This document shows positions 58,966-64,000 of a stretch of 64,000 bases of DNA, piece by piece. The notes under the pieces are model-generated. The model saw only the letters and a program-made list of their open reading frames with translations. It ran no database searches and was not told the origin of the DNA. The translations under genes and the position numbers were made by a program. Within the stretch, counting starts at the first letter, position 1. Every line of letters starts with the position of its first letter. This DNA is from Clostridia bacterium. Its GTDB lineage: Bacteria; Bacillota; Clostridia; Christensenellales; Aristaeellaceae. The DNA is taken from NCBI GenBank assembly GCA_017429695.1, contig JAFROK010000025.1, positions 4,436-68,435 of the forward strand. Direction: 5' to 3'.

Positions 58966-59574
58966 TCAGGATGGGGATCCGATCATTTTGATGACCGATA
59001 CCGCGATTCCCTGGATCTTACAGTTCTTCATCGGGATATCCGTATACTTCGGATTTTCCGGATGGAGGAAAACAGTTTTTCCGTATTTCATATACCGTTT
59101 CAGCGTATTGCCTTCACCTTCCACATAGGCCACCACGATATCCCCGTTCTGCGCTTCCTCCTGCTGCCGGATGAGCACCAGGTCCCCGTCGTCAATGCCG
59201 GCGCCGGTCATGGAATCCCCGCTGGCATGCAGAAGGAACAGTTTCCCTTTCCCGAACAGCCGCGTGGGGAGGTCCACATATTCCTCCACGCATTCCTCTT
59301 CCATGCTCAGCGGTCCGCATGGAATGCTGCCGAGAATTCCGGTGGAGGTATGCTCCGCGACAGCGGCCTGGATTTTTCGCGTCCGGATCTGCCGCCCGTC
59401 ATACTGGATCATGCCCCGCTCATCCATCTCCCGCAGGTATCTGTGCACAGCATTGCGCCCCAGGGAGACATTCCCGGCGATTTCCCGGATGCTCGGGCTC
59501 CGGCGCTGAGAAGAGAAAAACTCATCCACAAACGCTTCAATCTCCGCCATATATTCCGGATTCTTCTGCCGCAT
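58966..59574 (-). CDS. lexA: LexA-like repressor (HTH plus S24 peptidase)
   Basis: SPSIREIA, CG cleavage site (IPCGP), GDSM...GI.DGD.V, TLKR. Confidence 0.9.
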   Translation of the reverse strand: MRQKNPEYMAEIEAFVDEFFSSQRRSPSIREIAGNVSLGRNAVHRYLREMDERGMIQYDGRQIRTRKIQAAVAEHTSTGILGSIPCGPLSMEEECVEEYVDLPTRLFGKGKLFLLHASGDSMTGAGIDDGDLVLIRQQEEAQNGDIVVAYVEGEGNTLKRYMKYGKTVFLHPENPKYTDIPMKNCKIQGIAVSVIKMIGSPS

Positions 59575-59774
59575 ATTCTCCCTCCGTTTCTATCGGGGAC
59601 ACTTGTCCTTGTGCCGCCTTCCAAATACTATAACGAAGCAAAGCCGCCTGTCAATCCCCCGAATTTGACCCCTGCCAAAAATTTGACACACCCTGTATTT
59701 CCATATGGACGATCTCGCACGTTCATGGTAAAATATCCTGTAATCGCGAAAAACAACAGAACGGGGAAACAGGC

Positions 59775-60809
59775 ATGGCAAACAAAAACAGGATGCTGTT
59801 CCTGCTGAAGTATCTTCAGCAGCATTCCGATGATGAACACCCGCTGACCACAGCGGACCTTACGAAAGCCCTGCACAAGCAGGGATACGACATCAAACTG
59901 TCCACCCTGAAAAACGATATCGACACCCTGAAGGACGCCGGCTACGAGATCGACGTCCAGCAGCCTGCCGGCCTCCCGAAGACCTATGCCTGGGTGGACC
60001 GGGCCTGGTCCGCCCCGGAACTTCAAATTTTGATCGACGCCGTTTCCTCCTCCCAGTTCCTGACGACGGAAAAAAGCAAAGAGATCATTGAACGCCTGGT
60101 GAAACTGGCGCCGCCCTTCAAGCAGGACACCCTGAAACCAAGCATTCTCGTATCCGAACTGGTGAAGGCCAAAAACAACCAGATCTTTTTGATCGTCCAG
60201 ACCATCAAGGAAGCCACGGAAAGAAACAAAAAGATCGTCTTCCGCTACTTCCGCTACAACACGGACAAGCAGCAGACCCTTCGCCACGACGGAAAGAAAT
60301 ATGTCATTTCCCCCTACGCCACCATCTGGAAGAACGACCGGTACTACCTGGTGGGCTACTCCGAAGAAAAGGAAAAAATCCTGACCTTCCGCATTGACCG
60401 GATGACCCAGGTATTCATCGCCGGGGAAGAACAAAACAAAAAAGGAAAACCGCTCCCCGAAGAAGACCAGGAAAAGGACACCACCCGCATCCCCCCAAAG
60501 GACGACTTCGACCTCCACGACTACGGAACCAAGATCTTCTTCATGTTCAACGGCGAAGAAACCAACGTTACCCTCCGCGTCAAAAACGACCGTATCGACC
60601 AGATCATCGACACCTTCGGCAAAGATATCGAACTCACCCGCAAGACCCCCAACACCTTCGACATCACCGTCCCCGTCTGCCTGAGCCCCACCTTCTTCTC
60701 CTGGCTCTTCCAGTACGCAGGGGAGATCATGATAGTAAAACCGGAGAAGGCCAGGAACTGGTACACCAGTATGCTGGAAACTGCGCTGGATGATGCGTTG
60801 GGCGGTTGA
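59775..60809 (+). CDS. wHTH-WYL-WCX transcriptional regulator
   Basis: SDDEHPL, ELQILIDAV.SSQF, F.Y..Y, ISPY..IW.NDRYYL, FRIDRM, SPTFFSWLFQY. Confidence 0.92.
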   Translation: MANKNRMLFLLKYLQQHSDDEHPLTTADLTKALHKQGYDIKLSTLKNDIDTLKDAGYEIDVQQPAGLPKTYAWVDRAWSAPELQILIDAVSSSQFLTTEKSKEIIERLVKLAPPFKQDTLKPSILVSELVKAKNNQIFLIVQTIKEATERNKKIVFRYFRYNTDKQQTLRHDGKKYVISPYATIWKNDRYYLVGYSEEKEKILTFRIDRMTQVFIAGEEQNKKGKPLPEEDQEKDTTRIPPKDDFDLHDYGTKIFFMFNGEETNVTLRVKNDRIDQIIDTFGKDIELTRKTPNTFDITVPVCLSPTFFSWLFQYAGEIMIVKPEKARNWYTSMLETALDDALGG

Positions 60810-60818
60810 AGTAAGGAT

Positions 60819-60965
60819 ATGGAGAAGAAGGAAAAAGAGGAAAACCCGGTTAAGTTGGCGGAGAAGGGAAAGCGGGAAGAGCCGGAAGCGGTTCTGGATT
60901 ATGCAGAAGAATTTCGGAAACAGACCGGGAAGGATTTTGTGACGAAGGAATATGTGACGCAGTAG
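60819..60965 (+). CDS. Small charged hypothetical protein (48 aa)
   Basis: MEKKEKEENPVKLAEKGKREEPEAVLDYAEEFRKQTGKDFVTKEYVTQ directly after the WYL gene. Confidence 0.35.
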   Translation: MEKKEKEENPVKLAEKGKREEPEAVLDYAEEFRKQTGKDFVTKEYVTQ

Positions 60966-61184
60966 GGCAGCGAAGATGTTCGTTCAATAATGATCTTGTT
61001 TAGAGGTAAGCGATGAGTAAAAAACAGCTTCCAATAGTTTCTTTTATCCTGTTGGGATTGAATATCCTACAGTTGATCTGGATGACTTGCGTGAAATAGA
61101 CCAACAAGCAATATATAGGTATATTCATACAAACAGCAGATAATTATGACGATAGGGACCAAATACTAATGGGAGGTCTGTATC

Positions 61185-61352
61185 ATGGGAATGAGATTCA
61201 GAAGGTCCGTCAAGATCATGCCTGGCGTGCGGATCAATTTTTCAAAATCGGGAATGAGTACAACTATTGGCCCTAAAGGCGCTTCAGTCAATATTGGCAA
61301 AAAAGGAACTTACTTGAACACAGGGATATGGTGTAAGGAAATAAAGAACTGA
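61185..61352 (+). pseudogene. Truncated DUF4236 domain gene
   Basis: MGMRFRRSVKIMPGVRINFSKSGMS.TIGPKG..VNIG..GTY.N.GI, then breaks off; GGAGG RBS. Confidence 0.75.
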
Positions 61353-61536
61353 AGCTGGTTAAGCCAGCAGGGAAATCATTGTTACGTCTTATGGCTGTGA
61401 TACGACAAGGACTGGTCGACAAGGAGCTTTTGGGTTGAGATTACTGAGTTCTATATGATATACTGACTTGTATATTTTTCAGAATATACGTATTAGTATT
61501 ATACTGGATATTTATCGACGGGAGGAGTTATTCTAA

Positions 61537-62763
61537 GTGAAATTGCTTTCTTTGTTTTCTGGATGTGGTGGAATGGACATTGGCTTTGAGGGGAATTTTA
61601 CATGTCTTTCAAAGTCAATAAACGAAAAAATACACCCAGACTGGATTGTCCAGAAAAAAGGCAAATGGGTAAAAGTTGCTCCCACGATTTTTGACACAGT
61701 TTTCGCAAATGACATACGTCCAGATGCCAAAGCTGCATGGGTTTCCTATTTTCAGAACAAAAAGAAAAACGCCAATGATATCTATCATATTGACAGTGTT
61801 GTTGATCTGGTAAAAAAAGCAAAAGATGGAGAAAAGATTTTCCCCGAAAACATAGATATTGTAACGGGCGGTTTTCCATGCCAGGACTTTTCTATCGCCG
61901 GAAAAAGATTGGGTTTTAATTCACAGAAGAGCCATCTTGGCGTTGCCTTGGAGACGGATGAACCGTCTATAGAAAGTCGTGGTCAGCTATATATGTGGAT
62001 GCGTGAAGTCATAACTTTAACAGCGCCCAAATTGTTTATCGCTGAAAACGTGAAAGGCTTGACAAACTTAGCTGATGTAAAAGAAGTGATAGAACATGAT
62101 TTTGCCGCTGCTGGTAATGGGGGATACTTAGTAGTTCCGGCGCGGGTATTATATGCCCCAGAATATGGGGTACCACAATCGAGAGAAAGAGTAATTTTCT
62201 TTGGGTTTAAAAAGAGTGCGTTAAAGAAAAGCGCTATCAAAGCTTTATCCGCGGAAGAGATTTCCGCAGAGTATGATCCTTATCCTCCTAAAACACACGG
62301 AAAAGATTTAAAGAAGATTGTAACTGTCAAAGATGCGATAGGAGATTTACCAGAACCAGAGCAGTCATCAGATCCATCACAGAAAGTATATTCAAAAGCA
62401 AAATATATGGGAGCCCATTGCCAAGGTCAAACAGAAGTCAAACTCGATTCTGTTGGACCAACTATTCGCTCTGAACATCATGGGAATATTGAGTATCGTA
62501 GATTAAACGCTGAACATGGTGGAAAGCACGAAGAGGAACTTAATTCTAATTTGCCGGAAAGACGTCTTTCTGTCAGGGAATGCGCAAGAATCCAAACATT
62601 CCCGGATGATTATCAGTTTATATTAAAAAAGACGGAATCCAATGTACAGGTGTCATCAAGTGACGCGTATAAGATTATAGGAAATGCTGTACCTTGTGTT
62701 TTAGCCTATAACATCGCTAAGAGTATAGAAGCCAAATGGAGCCAATACTTCAAGGAGGCTTAA
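61537..62763 (+). CDS. dcm: C5 cytosine DNA methyltransferase, M.BepI-like (CGCG predicted)
   Basis: SLFSGCGG, GGFPCQDFS, ENVKG, QSRERV, PTIRSEHHGNIE, IGNAVP. Confidence 0.93.
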   Translation: MKLLSLFSGCGGMDIGFEGNFTCLSKSINEKIHPDWIVQKKGKWVKVAPTIFDTVFANDIRPDAKAAWVSYFQNKKKNANDIYHIDSVVDLVKKAKDGEKIFPENIDIVTGGFPCQDFSIAGKRLGFNSQKSHLGVALETDEPSIESRGQLYMWMREVITLTAPKLFIAENVKGLTNLADVKEVIEHDFAAAGNGGYLVVPARVLYAPEYGVPQSRERVIFFGFKKSALKKSAIKALSAEEISAEYDPYPPKTHGKDLKKIVTVKDAIGDLPEPEQSSDPSQKVYSKAKYMGAHCQGQTEVKLDSVGPTIRSEHHGNIEYRRLNAEHGGKHEEELNSNLPERRLSVRECARIQTFPDDYQFILKKTESNVQVSSSDAYKIIGNAVPCVLAYNIAKSIEAKWSQYFKEA

Positions 62764-62766
62764 TCG

Positions 62767-63852
62767 ATGATAGTTTCCACGAACCCGAAACCGACACTCC
62801 CAGAATTTAGCGCTCTAATGAGCAGAACAGATCAATATCTTAACAATGATGCACTTGAAAGACATGATTATTACGCTCAACGCGCGGGTAAACCATTAGA
62901 GTCTGATGTTAAGGATGCTCTGGACAGATGCGCAGTTGGATCGGCGTTTGAGGGAACAATCGAAATCATATCTGGTGCGAGGTTTCCTGACATTATTGCC
63001 GCAAAGTATTATGGCGTTGAGGTTAAAAGTACAAAGGATAACCATTGGACTTCAATAGGTAGTAGCATACTGGAGTCCACGCGTGTGAACACTGTTGAAC
63101 GTATTTATATGACCTTTGGCAAGCTGGGCGGGAATCCAATTCGCTTTTTGTCCAGACCATATGAAAAAGTATTATGTGGCATAGCTGTAACACATATGCC
63201 CAGATATCTTATTGATATGCGTCTTGAAGAAGGGGAGACGATCTTTGATAAGATGGGTATTCCTTATGATGAACTTCGTGTTATGGAAAACCCTGTGGAA
63301 CCTGTCGCTCAATATTATAAAAGCCAATTAAAAAAAGGCGAAAGATTGTGGTGGACTGGCAATGACGCTGATGAATCTGTTTCAGCAACTGTCCGGCTCT
63401 GGAATACACTTTCTATCATAGAAAAACGCAGATTCATGATATATGGGATTGTTAATTATCCGGAGATATTTGCTGGTGATTATGATCGATACGCATTATG
63501 GCTAACCTCTCAGGGGATAGTTGACCCTCACATTCGTGATCAGTTTTCCGCTGGCGGAACGCAAGAACTAAAAATGTCCGATGGCCTTATTGTAAAAATG
63601 CCTGGGGTATTTAGAAGAGTAAGCGATTATTCTGATATGTTTATACGCAGAATGGAACAAACGGATCCTTCTTTGATGTTCGACCCGACTAAAGTTGATT
63701 ATAAAACACTTGTGCAAAGAATTAACGACTGGAACCATCAGGTTTCATGGCTTGGAAAAACAGATTACGAGATTGCCAGCGATGTTCTGGGTACTTTATT
63801 TAAAGAAAAAATCGAAGAATACTATAATACATATCGGGATGAGGAAGAATGA
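62767..63852 (+). CDS. Putative type II restriction endonuclease (PD-(D/E)xK)
   Basis: FPDI....YGVEVKST motif; lies between the methylase and Vsr. Confidence 0.75.
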   Translation: MIVSTNPKPTLPEFSALMSRTDQYLNNDALERHDYYAQRAGKPLESDVKDALDRCAVGSAFEGTIEIISGARFPDIIAAKYYGVEVKSTKDNHWTSIGSSILESTRVNTVERIYMTFGKLGGNPIRFLSRPYEKVLCGIAVTHMPRYLIDMRLEEGETIFDKMGIPYDELRVMENPVEPVAQYYKSQLKKGERLWWTGNDADESVSATVRLWNTLSIIEKRRFMIYGIVNYPEIFAGDYDRYALWLTSQGIVDPHIRDQFSAGGTQELKMSDGLIVKMPGVFRRVSDYSDMFIRRMEQTDPSLMFDPTKVDYKTLVQRINDWNHQVSWLGKTDYEIASDVLGTLFKEKIEEYYNTYRDEEE

Positions 63853-64000
63853 GAGAACCAGAAGTAACACACAAAATAATGTCAGCTATACCGTCAAAGG
63901 ATACAAGACCTGAATTGGCGCTGAGAAAAGCGTTGTGGGGAAAAGGATATCGATACCGGGTGAATGTTAAAAAATTGCCGGGTAAACCAGATATAGTATT
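63849..64000 (+). CDS. vsr: Very short patch repair endonuclease (partial)
   Basis: MSAI.SKDTRPE..LRK.LW.KGYRYR.N.KKLPGKPDIV. Confidence 0.92.
   Translation, partial: MREPEVTHKIMSAIPSKDTRPELALRKALWGKGYRYRVNVKKLPGKPDIV

Larger units (their letters stand above)
56178..64000. mobile_element. Second island (regulatory plus defence cargo), continues past the window
   Basis: TAACCTAATT direct repeats at about 56252-56272; TA remnant, sigma-like, LexA, WYL and RM genes. Confidence 0.6.

Overview
GC-rich Clostridia-type chromosome (the carbohydrate-active enzymes suggest a gut or rumen fibre degrader). A ~43 kb housekeeping/metabolic core (about 6075-48837) lies between two outward-facing tRNA-Ala genes: CGC on the minus strand at 5815-5887 and GGC on the plus strand at 48966-49038. 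The core holds GH9, GH43, an esterase, pullulanase, purA-purB, a PfkB kinase and aldolase, a GGDEF protein, MATE and ECF transporters, an M32 peptidase and a large TPR/Cys-His repeat surface protein. Each tRNA has an accessory region downstream. The right-hand region is a layered, decaying island. Its first part carries a truncated tyrosine integrase fused to a polymorphic-toxin tip with a putative immunity gene, two secreted proteins, XRE and Bro-N genes, and a frameshifted serine recombinase ending in a copy of the tRNA 3' end. A second element follows. On the minus strand it carries a compact regulatory module: LexA-like repressor, acidic micro-protein, Com-like Zn ribbon, structured RNA with terminator, an array of 4-5 promoter-like units, a structured leader with a hairpin-locked RBS, and a sigma-like HTH protein. 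Divergent from this are a WYL regulator and an M.BepI-like C5 methylase / putative endonuclease / Vsr cluster. The minus-strand module is the best candidate for an undescribed system. All calls are from reading the sequence by eye; no searches were run.
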